A stretch of DNA of 64,000 bases from Giardia intestinalis (lineage: Eukaryota). A program made the translations under genes and the position numbers. Every line of letters begins with the position of its first letter. Position 1 is the first letter of the stretch. The notes below the pieces were generated by a model that had not been told where the DNA came from, searched no databases, and saw only the letters and a list, made by a program, of their open reading frames with translations. Below, piece by piece: positions 37,678 to 46,986 of the stretch. The DNA lies in assembly GCA_000002435.2 (NCBI GenBank), contig CM018790.1, one strand, 5' to 3'.

Positions 37678-38835
37678 TTACTGCGGATGCATGACGCTGT
37701 CATACTCCACTATAATAGACTTGGGGTACAGCTTCCTTCCTAGACCCAAGACGATGGTGACATTGTCTTCAGAGCCTAGACACAGAGCTAATCTCAATAA
37801 GTAGGAGGCCACGGCTTCTGGAGATATCTTTTGTCCGACGGTCTTGTAAGAGCGATCACACTCTTTGTACTCACCGCATTCCAGTGAAGAAAGGCCAGGC
37901 ATCTCTGGAAACACAGTGGCCAGCTCCTGGATGGAGGTCTGCCGCTGGCTAAGGTACTCACCGATACGAGTGGCTATCTTTACCAGCTGGTCATCAGGCC
38001 CCGAGCTGGCGACGAGGCATGCTATTGCGTGCTGAAGGAGCTCCTTCCGAGTTGCTGTGTGGTCGGGCCCGGAGAGTTTTGACTTGATAAGCTGAGTCGC
38101 AAAAACAGGGTCTGTGGACTTCCCCGCAACTGTGAATACATGTCTGATCAAACTGTCAACATCCTCGTTAGAGAGGACGTCCCAAAGTCCGTCACACGCC
38201 AGAACGACGTAGTCGGCGTCGGCCTCCCGGAGTGCAAAAATGTCTGGGTCTGCAATAACGCCGCAGTTCTTGAACGGCGAATCGCCTATTGCTCTAGACA
38301 CGGCAAGCATGCCTGCCACCCGGGGACAATCCCCATCGTCCATAACAACGCAGCTTCCTGCGCGCTCTATTCGTGTCTTTTCCGCAGGAAGGTTAGGTTT
38401 ATGGTCCACTGTGATTTGGCGTACACCGCGGTCGCGCAGTCCAACGATTGCACGAGAGTCTCCTGCGTTAGCAAAGTACAACATGCCCTTGTGATGAATA
38501 CACACCACCGCCGTGGTTCCAGCAGACGAGTAGATGTCTGACGTGCCCTCCTCGCGTAAATAGAGCTTATCTGTATTTAGATAGGCCTGTCTAAGGCTTT
38601 CTTTCAGGTCCATCGGGAAGATACGCGCCTTCGAAAGCTGTAAGTGGAGCTTGTCCCTTACGAACTTAGAGGCGCGGTCGCCGCCGTGACCATCGAAAAC
38701 ACCTACAAACGTGATACTGTCTATTAGATCCTGGCGGAGGCCCTTCAAATCCCTGATTATGTGTGCATCCTCATTTGATGGCCTTCGCCCGGAAACGGAC
38801 CCATGACCCCAAACATATAGTGACGATAAAAACAT
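37678..38835 (-). CDS. PP2C-family Ser/Thr protein phosphatase
   Basis: Motifs EDAH, FVGVFDGHGG, the LACDGLWDV region and GSEDNVTIV. The track start 38850 is TTG; the first ATG is at 38835 and has an A/T-rich leader. Confidence 0.8.
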   Translation of the reverse strand: MFLSSLYVWGHGSVSGRRPSNEDAHIIRDLKGLRQDLIDSITFVGVFDGHGGDRASKFVRDKLHLQLSKARIFPMDLKESLRQAYLNTDKLYLREEGTSDIYSSAGTTAVVCIHHKGMLYFANAGDSRAIVGLRDRGVRQITVDHKPNLPAEKTRIERAGSCVVMDDGDCPRVAGMLAVSRAIGDSPFKNCGVIADPDIFALREADADYVVLACDGLWDVLSNEDVDSLIRHVFTVAGKSTDPVFATQLIKSKLSGPDHTATRKELLQHAIACLVASSGPDDQLVKIATRIGEYLSQRQTSIQELATVFPEMPGLSSLECGEYKECDRSYKTVGQKISPEAVASYLLRLALCLGSEDNVTIVLGLGRKLYPKSIIVEYDSVMHPQ

Positions 38836-38962
38836 GTGCGCCTGTTTCAAATTCCCTTAGTTTACAAGTGCCATATATGCTGTAAATATTTCAATTTCAA
38901 ATTTAAATGCACGTGTCAATTGTGTAAGATCTGGGGACTCCGCCCGTTTTTTGTTTGGCCTT

Positions 38963-40264
38963 ATGGAGGATCAGGAGAAATTAGACGCTGAGAGCGAGTT
39001 GCTCAGCCAGCCTCTGTCGGATGACTCTGAGTATAAGAGCACCCAGTCTCCCATCGCCGTAGATACCCACACGATGTCAAGCGCCCTGATGCTTGCCTTG
39101 GAGCCGTACCAATATGGGACAGACTTTATTCTGAATAGGAATAGCATCCCGCGCCTTCAGAAGGAGCTGGACAAACTCATTGGCCGGACAGCTTCAAAGC
39201 CGCGACTTAGCCTTCGCATGGGTCAGAAGAAGTACATGGACTTGGAGCTTATGAGCTCTCTGGTTTTGGACTCGGTTCAGGCTGTCGCGTCTGACAGCTT
39301 CTGGGAGTGCTTCGAACGACCATACTCGCGGCCGTGGAATTGGACTTTCCCTCTTTGGGTTACCTGGGCAACTGGCTGCATCATCCGCTATTGTATTCTT
39401 TTACCTATCCGGGCTTTTCTCTTTCTGTTTATGCTTGTATTCTGCCTCTTCGGGACTCTTATGACGTCTGTTTTGGTTCCATCGAAGCGTTTGCAGACAC
39501 ATATTCAACGGCGCATACTTAAGATAGGCTATCACCTTACCCTCTTGTCTATAGGCGCTGTTGTTCTCATCCATGGATCTATCCCGCACACCCAATCAGG
39601 GAGAATCTACGTTGCTAATCACACGACTATAATGGATGCAATAATCTTGAGCTCAATCAAGCAGTTTGCCATTGTCGGACAAAAGTATAGTGGCCTCCTG
39701 GGCATTATTGAAGAACGTATCCTAGGATGCTTGGACCCTGTATGGTTCAATAGGTCTGACAGAACCGAGAGAACTGAGGCAGCGACAAAGATCAAGAATC
39801 GCATTTACGACGAAGGAGCTAAGGCGCCTCTGCTTTTGTTCCCAGAGGGAGTACTTGTCAATAACCGCTTCATAATTATGTTCAAAAAGGGAGCGTTCGA
39901 GCTTGGTGCAGAGATTTGCCCAATAGCAATCAAGTATAACGAGACACTGAGCTCTCATGCATACTGGTCTTCTCGGGATGTTTCTTTCTATAGATATCTG
40001 TTTGACTTAATGACGAATTGGATATTGATTGTTGATGTTTGGTTTCTTCCCCCTACGTCTATTCAGGACGGAGAGACGCCAGAAGAATTTGCGGAAAGAG
40101 TCAAACTGAGTATTGCTCGAGCAGCCCGACTGATACCGCGACCGTGGGATGGATATCTGAAATATACGAAAGCCACAAAGTCTATGCACAGAAACAGAAA
40201 GACAGAGCTTTTGCACCAAATCGGATTTTCTCCAAAGGAGATTGATGAAATGGTTTCTAGTTAA
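38963..40264 (+). CDS. GPAT3/4 (AGPAT6)-like glycerol-3-phosphate/lysophospholipid acyltransferase
   Basis: Acyltransferase motif I HTTIMDAI (HxxxxD) and motif III LLLFPEGVLVNNRFIIMFKKGAFELG, which is close to GPAT4 IFPEGTCINNTSVMMFKKGSFEIG. There are N-terminal hydrophobic segments. The track start 38951 is TTG; the first ATG is 38963. Confidence 0.75.
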   Translation: MEDQEKLDAESELLSQPLSDDSEYKSTQSPIAVDTHTMSSALMLALEPYQYGTDFILNRNSIPRLQKELDKLIGRTASKPRLSLRMGQKKYMDLELMSSLVLDSVQAVASDSFWECFERPYSRPWNWTFPLWVTWATGCIIRYCILLPIRAFLFLFMLVFCLFGTLMTSVLVPSKRLQTHIQRRILKIGYHLTLLSIGAVVLIHGSIPHTQSGRIYVANHTTIMDAIILSSIKQFAIVGQKYSGLLGIIEERILGCLDPVWFNRSDRTERTEAATKIKNRIYDEGAKAPLLLFPEGVLVNNRFIIMFKKGAFELGAEICPIAIKYNETLSSHAYWSSRDVSFYRYLFDLMTNWILIVDVWFLPPTSIQDGETPEEFAERVKLSIARAARLIPRPWDGYLKYTKATKSMHRNRKTELLHQIGFSPKEIDEMVSS

Positions 40265-40559
40265 TGATTGATGCTATGCTCCATCTTCTCCTCAGGACGA
40301 AGACGAGACAGGGACGTCTGTACCTGAGAACTCGCTATCTGCGCCACCAGAGTCTGTTGCTTGCAGCATTGTCGAGCCAAGGAACCTACCATCCAGCCTT
40401 TCCTTGGTTCCGCCCTTCGCGCCCACTCCTAGCGCTGCTCCGAATGTTTATCCGATCCAGAGCATCTATCCAGCCCCTGGTGCCGTCCCTTATCTCCAGG
40501 CGTCGGGGGTGCTCAGTCTACAGCCGACGCCCTACCCCTTCGGCTTCGGGGTGCCGCTG

Positions 40560-41620
40560 ACATACGTCCCTGTTCTGATACAATCGCCAGGACATACTGG
40601 CGGATGGCCCGTGGGCACGGGTGACGGTCCGCTCGGAAGGCCGACCAGGCAGCCCTGAGCCCCTGCTGCACCGCCTCGCACCAGAGGAGGAATCACGGTC
40701 TACAGCCAGAAGGGCAAAAGAGGCGCGTGGGTGGAGGCGCTCTCCCGATTTTCTTTTCGAGCTCGAACAGAACAGCCGTAGAGACTGTACGAAAACATCC
40801 TACAGTACCATCGAGGCCTCGCACGGAGGGGTTCTGAATGGACGAACGCCTAGGCTGGGAGTCATTCTAGAGCCGATTCTGGCCGAGGAAGGGGCTCCCC
40901 GCTTACGGGGGCATGGCGGCTCCGCTGGCCACGTACGGCGACAGTTGCCGGGTCAGCGGCCCAGCCAAACCAGCGATGCCGCTGCGGAAGCCACCCCCGG
41001 CCCTGTCCCACACAGTCGATGCCCTTGGCAGCCGCCTGCTCCAGTCCAGATCCACCCCACCGGCTGCGTGCCAGGGCCAGACATCTAGCAACCACAGAGA
41101 CACGTCCACCGAGGCCGACACTGGCTGCACACACCGACCGGCGCGTCGATTCGAGGCACAGACGCGCATTTTTTCTTTTGTCCGGCGAGATTCCGGGCTG
41201 CACTGGCTGCACGGACGCACGCAGCTGTTCCGCGCCGGCCGGGGCCTTCCGAGGCAGGCCTTGCACGAGAACGCGACGTCTCGCGCAGGTCCACCGGCCC
41301 TCTGGCGGGCGCACGGCCGCGGAGTGTCCGTCCCTGTTGCGATGCAGTGCACACGGCTTTGTAGCACGTGCAGAGACCCAGTTGCCCTGCCCTGGCTGTG
41401 GCTCCTGCGCGCTGCGGCCAGCCACTGAGACCAGCCCCCATTGGAGCAGGCCACGGCAGGGCCCGCCGGACAAGCTCTCTACATGAGCACATGCTGCACA
41501 GCTTAGAGGCGAACGCTGCACAGCCCGGCTAGTGCTCGCTGCCCCTATCGCTGCGTGGTACCTCTTCGTGAGACGACTGCGCAAGGCCACCCGATCGAGG
41601 GCTACGGCAGGACGCAAAGA
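40560..41620. other. GC-rich (about 70% GC) CpG-rich island with no coherent ORF
   Basis: Sampled 60-nt lines here give 72-73% GC, against about 49% for the rest of the window. At least six overlapping stop-free frames run on both strands. All of them translate to Arg/Pro/Ala-rich nonsense with no domain. Confidence 0.5.
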
Positions 41621-42429
41621 GTGGACTAGTTCAGGGCGTTGTGCATCTAGTAGGCCTGTGAGTACGCCTAGGTCGTGTATAGCTATTACATCAACATACT
41701 CATGTAGGTGGATACAACTGATTGCTCCGAATGGACTGGTTCTTGATGGCGTGGGCTGATGGGGAAGGACGCATTTGTATTACAGGTCCAAGCATAGAGG
41801 GTGGCAGCAGGAAACGAAAAGTTGCTTGATTGCTGGTGTGCAGGTAAATGCAGCTATTTGCACTTGACTTGCCTAGTGTGCCGGATAGACTGCACGCAGG
41901 GAGCCACTAGGGTCGCCAGCTATGAAGCGAGGGAGGATGTCGTGAGAAAGGCTGTATGCCACTTGGAAGATAGTGTTCTCCAGCGCGTTATGCAGCACGC
42001 GGCAGATGCTGTACAAGAATGGGACAAGGATGCCACATATCCATTGTTGTGACAGAGGTGACAGGGCATCTAGCAGGCCCTATGTTGGGGTCACGCCTGC
42101 ACCACCACAGCAGCGCATACTAGGGACGATGGTATCCTGTCCAGGTGGGCATCGCCTATACATCTATGTTGCAAATGAATCGTTATCAAAGCCAGAGTTG
42201 ATCGTACCATGAGCCCATTTGTCATACACTGAAGCTTTTTTGGTCTCCATTCCCAAAGGACTGAGCAAACTAAGGCACGGCTTAAGCGTCTATCTCTTCT
42301 TCTCTATAATCAGAAGCAGAATGCGAAGTGTGTCTACGTTATTCGTATTCCTTCCATGATAATAGTATAACGCTCAGGAATACAATCAGGAAACTTTCTC
42401 AATACAAGTCTCTATGCACTGCCGGCGCA

Positions 42430-43689
42430 ATGTTTGCTAAGCTTATCTTCACAAGCCTCGTTCTGCAGCTGGCAGAGGCGACACGGCCAGCGGTCAAAGA
42501 GCAATCCGGCGCCTGCACCTCTCCAGAGAACGCCGGGTGTGCCGCGTGCAACCCGAATAACGGAGATGAGCTCTGCCTCTCGTGCACAAACGCGCAGGAG
42601 TTCATCCAGCTCAACAAGAAGGGGTGCACGGCCGCCTGCGCCGGGGATGGAGTGATTGGAGACGCTGCTGTCGACCCGAAGGTCTGCAAGTGTGACGGAG
42701 ACAATGGCTACACGCTCCAGGGCGACGCGTGCGTCAAGAGACAGGCCAACGAGTGCCAGACAGAGAACTGCCAGGAATGCACTGGCAAAGGCACAGCCAA
42801 CGAGGTCTGTACAAAGTGTACTTCTACTCATTACTTGACACCAACAAACCAGTGCGTACCTGACTGCACAGTTATCAAGGGCTACTACGGAGATACTAAC
42901 GAAGGGAAGTGTAAGCCATGTAGCCCTGAGTGCGCTGAGTGCGTTGGGCCGGCCAACAATCAGTGCAGTGCCTGTCCTGCTGGCAAGAAACTGACATATA
43001 CAGATGACAGCTATCCTAATAACGGAGGCGCCTGCGGGGATGCGTGCAAAGTGTCTGCAGACGGCGCTGGCTGTGAGACATGCGGGGCTCAGATAGGAGG
43101 AACTGCATACTGCTCAAAGTGCAAGACCTCCACTCAGGCCCCCTTGAACGGCGACTGTGCGGCCAATACGCGAACACAATTTTGCACTACAGTGAGCAAT
43201 GGAGTGTGCACTCAATGCGCTGCTAACTACTTCCTCAAGGACGGCGGCTGCTATCAAACAGATAGACAGCCTGGTAAACAAGTGTGTAGTAGTGCACAGG
43301 GAGGAACATGTACAAAATGTGCCAACGGACTACAGGTACAAAGTGGAGCCTGTGGAAACTGTCATTCTACTTGTGCTACGTGCAGTGCTCCCAGTATTGC
43401 AAGCTCGTGTAAGACCTGTGCCACTGGGTATTACAAGGAAAACGGTGACGATACCACTGATGGGTTATGCAAGAAGTGCTCAGAGAAGATCTCTGGATGC
43501 AAGCAATGTGTGTCATCATCTGGCAGTTCAGTCATATGTTTAGAATCAGAAGTAGGCACTGGTGGAAGCGTCAACAAGAGCGGTCTCTCCACTGGCGCCA
43601 TAGCGGGCATTGCTGTGGCTGCTGTTATTGTCATTGGTGGTCTCGTCGGCTTCCTCTGCTGGTGGTTCCTCTGCCGCGGGAAGGCGTAG
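42430..43689 (+). CDS. Variant-specific surface protein (VSP)
   Basis: An N-terminal signal peptide (MFAKLIFTSLVLQLAEA) is followed by many CXXC motifs and a GGCY motif (KDGGCYQ). The C-terminus has a TM helix and the invariant ...FLCRGKA tail. The track start 42328 is GTG and I reject it. Confidence 0.85.
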   Translation: MFAKLIFTSLVLQLAEATRPAVKEQSGACTSPENAGCAACNPNNGDELCLSCTNAQEFIQLNKKGCTAACAGDGVIGDAAVDPKVCKCDGDNGYTLQGDACVKRQANECQTENCQECTGKGTANEVCTKCTSTHYLTPTNQCVPDCTVIKGYYGDTNEGKCKPCSPECAECVGPANNQCSACPAGKKLTYTDDSYPNNGGACGDACKVSADGAGCETCGAQIGGTAYCSKCKTSTQAPLNGDCAANTRTQFCTTVSNGVCTQCAANYFLKDGGCYQTDRQPGKQVCSSAQGGTCTKCANGLQVQSGACGNCHSTCATCSAPSIASSCKTCATGYYKENGDDTTDGLCKKCSEKISGCKQCVSSSGSSVICLESEVGTGGSVNKSGLSTGAIAGIAVAAVIVIGGLVGFLCWWFLCRGKA

Positions 43690-43701
43690 ATTTAGCTGTG
43701 T

Positions 43702-43716
43702 ACTTAGGTAGTAAAT
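43702..43716 (+). promoter_or_regulatory. VSP-type extended polyadenylation signal ACTTAGGTAGTAAAT
   Basis: Matches the VSP-conserved 3' motif ACTYAGRTAGTRAAY 13 nt after the VSP stop, and contains the core AGTRAAY. Confidence 0.6.
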
Positions 43717-44070
43717 GGTTATAGATGGATCCTGTGCTTGGTGGTGGCCTAAGTCTTAACTCCTTAATGTGCAGAGGATCCCACACAGCTATTACGAGGG
43801 CACCCATGTGCTCGACGACTCCTTGCTTTCTAGGTATCCGGGGAGCATCTTCGCTCTGCTCGACGCCAATGGAACTGAGAGCTTCACAATTACGCGCACA
43901 ATAACTGGAGTTCTGAAGTGTTCTATGCCGTATGCGAAGCTACACTCTTCGGTTATTTTTCCCAATGCGGCTTATCATCTCACCTCAATACAGATCTTCC
44001 CAATCAAGTCCCCAGCAAATGTATCAAACGAAGGTCGTAGGTGAATTCACTTATCCCACATACGTAACCC

Positions 44071-45300
44071 CTACTTCTTGTCAGACAGTCTGATGACTCC
44101 AGGAAGCGGGTCGCCCTGAAGAAGCTCGAGAGACGCGCCACCTCCGGTACTAACGTGGGAGATCTTGTTCGTTGCTTTGGCCTTTTTGGCTGCAGTTGCA
44201 GAGTCTCCGCCACCGATAATGGTGATGGCGCCTGCCTCAGTAGCCTTAACCACTGCATCTACCATGGCCATGGTTCCACGGCAGAAGCTGTTCATCTCAA
44301 AGACGCCCGGTGGACCATTCCAGATGACTGTCTTTGAAGACATGATGGCCTTCGCAAAGAGCTCGTTGGAGGCAGGGCCACAATCAAGGCCCATCCAACC
44401 TTCAGGAATACCCTCCTCGCATGTAACAACCTTCGTCTTGGCGTTGTCGTCAAACTCCGAGGCCGCGATGCAATCGACAGGAAGAATCACTTCCACATTG
44501 TGAGCCTTGGCGATGTCCATCAATGTGTCAACAGTCTCTGCACCCTCTTTGTCGTAAAGCGAGTTCGCGATGTTCATCCCCTTGAGCTTCTTGAGGAAGG
44601 TAAACGACATGCCACCGCAGATGATAATCTTGTCGACCTTCGGAAGTAGGTTCTTGATGAGCTTGATTTTGTCTGCTACCTTAGCGCCTCCAAGAATAGC
44701 CAAGTATGGCTTCTTGGGCTCAGAAAGGGCGATACGGAAGTAGTCGATCTCCTTCTGCATCAGGAAGCCAGCGCAACGGATCGAATACCCTTCTCCGACC
44801 ATAGAAGAGTGAGGGCGGTGCGCGGTTCCGAATGCATCATTACAGTAGATGTCAGCGAGCTTCGCGAGAGACGCTCTGAAAGCCTTTACTTCAGAATTGT
44901 CCTCATTCTCGTTGGTCTCCTCCTTATGAAAGCGCAGATTCTCCAAGAGGAAAATGGAACCAGGCGCAGGGTTGGCACAGGCACTCTCAACCTCGGGTCC
45001 ACAGCAATCCTTAAGAAGGGTGACAGGCTTTCCCAGAAGGCTTTCGAGAGCCTTGGCGACTGGAGCCAGAGTGAATGCCGCTTCTGGTCCGGTGCCCTTT
45101 GGGCGGCCAAGATGGGAGGCCAAGACAAGGGACTTACAGCCCTTCTCAAGACAGTGCCTCAAGGTCGGCAAAGAAGCCTCGATTCTCGCCAAATTGGTGA
45201 TGTTACCCTCCTTGTCCTGGGGGACATTGTAATCCGTGCGCACGAAAACACGCTTTCCAGAGAGATCTACGTCGGCAATGGAGAGCTTCGCTAAGGACAT
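44071..45300 (-). CDS. PGK: Phosphoglycerate kinase
   Basis: MSLAKLSIADVDLSGKRVFVRTDYNVP..., a full-length PGK with ATP/3-PG binding motifs (…GGGASLELL…). Confidence 0.9.
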   Translation of the reverse strand: MSLAKLSIADVDLSGKRVFVRTDYNVPQDKEGNITNLARIEASLPTLRHCLEKGCKSLVLASHLGRPKGTGPEAAFTLAPVAKALESLLGKPVTLLKDCCGPEVESACANPAPGSIFLLENLRFHKEETNENEDNSEVKAFRASLAKLADIYCNDAFGTAHRPHSSMVGEGYSIRCAGFLMQKEIDYFRIALSEPKKPYLAILGGAKVADKIKLIKNLLPKVDKIIICGGMSFTFLKKLKGMNIANSLYDKEGAETVDTLMDIAKAHNVEVILPVDCIAASEFDDNAKTKVVTCEEGIPEGWMGLDCGPASNELFAKAIMSSKTVIWNGPPGVFEMNSFCRGTMAMVDAVVKATEAGAITIIGGGDSATAAKKAKATNKISHVSTGGGASLELLQGDPLPGVIRLSDKK

Positions 45301-45407
45301 TTTTTGCTAAAATCTAATTGAAAAGTTCGGAGCGTAGGATTAGCCCCAGAGTAAAGTAAAAGGAGATCTGTGATTTACAAGTAGACGTGGATATTGAGTG
45401 ATGTACT

Positions 45408-46703
45408 TCAAAACTCTATGTTGTCGGGGTCCAGTTCCTCGCCACCAATGTCACTGTACTCATATGAATACTCCTCATTGTCCGCATTCTCATTCGACTT
45501 ATGGGATAGCTCATCCAGTCCTCGGTGTTTCTCTCCATTAGAATGTGTCTCTGGTGCACGCGCTTGTTGCATAGGATTGGCGGAGCTGATGACCTGCTCT
45601 TCTTCCTCTTCCTCCTCATAGCTATACGAATAGGATTCATCATCAGGGATCTCTGCATTCGTGTTAATGGGCGCTGCCTTAGAAGGGACGAAGTCCTGCA
45701 CTGGTTTAGGCTGGTGCATATCCATGACATGGGGCATGGGAGTCTCTACAAACTCATCGTCCAGGTGCGACGTCGATGAGCGTGCATCCACGCCCCCGTA
45801 CATGTTATTTAGCTCCTCCTTCAGAGCGTTCTCTTGCAGGGCCCGAAGATTCTTCTCCCGCTCAATTACACGCTGCTGCTCGCGCACATCATTGGCACGT
45901 AGCTGGCCTTCGAGAAACAGAAGAGACCGAAATTTGCGAGCATACTCTAGATGAAGTTTAGACAGGTCTGCCTCCAGAGCCTCCAGCTCTGCAAGGAATG
46001 GGGGCTTTGTGGAACGAATGGCATCAAGTCGATCCATCGTGTGTGTGATGCTCTGCTTCTTCTGGGTTATCTGCTCCTCGAGCTTAGCTTTTTCGCGCTT
46101 GTTGGTCGTCACCTCCTCCTGGAGGGTGTTGCACTCGGCCGCAAGATTCTTTATACGTTGCTGGACGGCAGCAGAGAGAGAGGCTGCGTCTGGCTGACTG
46201 CTCATCGCCTGCTGCATGCGCTGATAAAGATCATCGACGTGGAGGCGTAGCTGCGTAAGAAGCTTGGTGGATGCTTCAACTATCTTCGAGGAGGCCACGC
46301 ACAACGCATTCGAGTGGAGAGTCAAGTCAACACTGGCTGCAGAAGACGTCCCCTTATCTGTGGATGTAGCTGCCGCGCCTATATACGTGGCTACCTCCTG
46401 CACTATTTTTCTGAGTTCTCGCACTGCCTCTGGGCCCGCAGCATAAATCTTCTTGGAGTCCAGCTTGAGGTGCAGTGTGGTCTGGAGCACGTTTACCACA
46501 GTTGTGATAAAATAAACCCTATCCTCCTGAGTAGCGATGTCCATGGCAATAGCATTACTTGGTGCAACTACGGTGGTTATATAGTGGAGAATTTCGGCGA
46601 CAAGAAAGAAATCTGGCTTCCGGAACGTATCAATGGATATGGGCCGTGGAAACCCTATCTGAGTCATTAACAATGTAAAATGCTGAAGTTCGTGGTATGA
46701 CAT
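45408..46703 (-). CDS. CLUAP1: Clusterin-associated protein 1 / IFT38 (intraflagellar transport complex B)
   Basis: N-terminus MSYHELQHFTLLMTQIGFPRPISIDTFRKPDFFLVAEILHYI...EDRVYFI matches CLUAP1 ([39 protein letters not shown]...EQDRVFFI). A central coiled-coil and an acidic C-terminal tail follow. Confidence 0.75.
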   Translation of the reverse strand: MSYHELQHFTLLMTQIGFPRPISIDTFRKPDFFLVAEILHYITTVVAPSNAIAMDIATQEDRVYFITTVVNVLQTTLHLKLDSKKIYAAGPEAVRELRKIVQEVATYIGAAATSTDKGTSSAASVDLTLHSNALCVASSKIVEASTKLLTQLRLHVDDLYQRMQQAMSSQPDAASLSAAVQQRIKNLAAECNTLQEEVTTNKREKAKLEEQITQKKQSITHTMDRLDAIRSTKPPFLAELEALEADLSKLHLEYARKFRSLLFLEGQLRANDVREQQRVIEREKNLRALQENALKEELNNMYGGVDARSSTSHLDDEFVETPMPHVMDMHQPKPVQDFVPSKAAPINTNAEIPDDESYSYSYEEEEEEEQVISSANPMQQARAPETHSNGEKHRGLDELSHKSNENADNEEYSYEYSDIGGEELDPDNIEF

Positions 46704-46986
46704 TTCGGTGAGAGATTTTTTTGTTAATTGAGGCTGCTATGGCTGCCAAAGCCGTACCAACAAGTTGCTCATCCCACAGAGCTTATCACTTTCTAGATCA
46801 CTTCGTACTTCAGTAACATTTCTGATTGGACTCTCCAACCTGAGATCGTCAACAAAAGATATTAAAGGCATTGATAGATAAATGCAGATAGAGAACAATG
46901 ATGCTATGGCAACTGCTCCAGCGTATAGTTGCAGCTGCCAAGTGACACGACAAGAGACATCAGTTCAACCAGGTGGCTTGGTTTAC

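Noticed and set aside
40862-41617. Several 150-250-aa ORFs on both strands inside the GC-rich island (40621-41088, 40903-41454, 40913-41428, 41019-41486, 41085-41492).
   Set aside because: They overlap each other in multiple frames. All are Arg/Pro/Ala-rich low-complexity with no domain signal, and several start at non-ATG codons. They are most likely by-products of about 70% GC DNA.
42328-42429. Track-predicted 34-aa N-terminal extension of the VSP.
   Set aside because: It starts at GTG. The peptide upstream of M35 is not signal-peptide-like, whereas ATG 42430 begins a canonical hydrophobic signal sequence.
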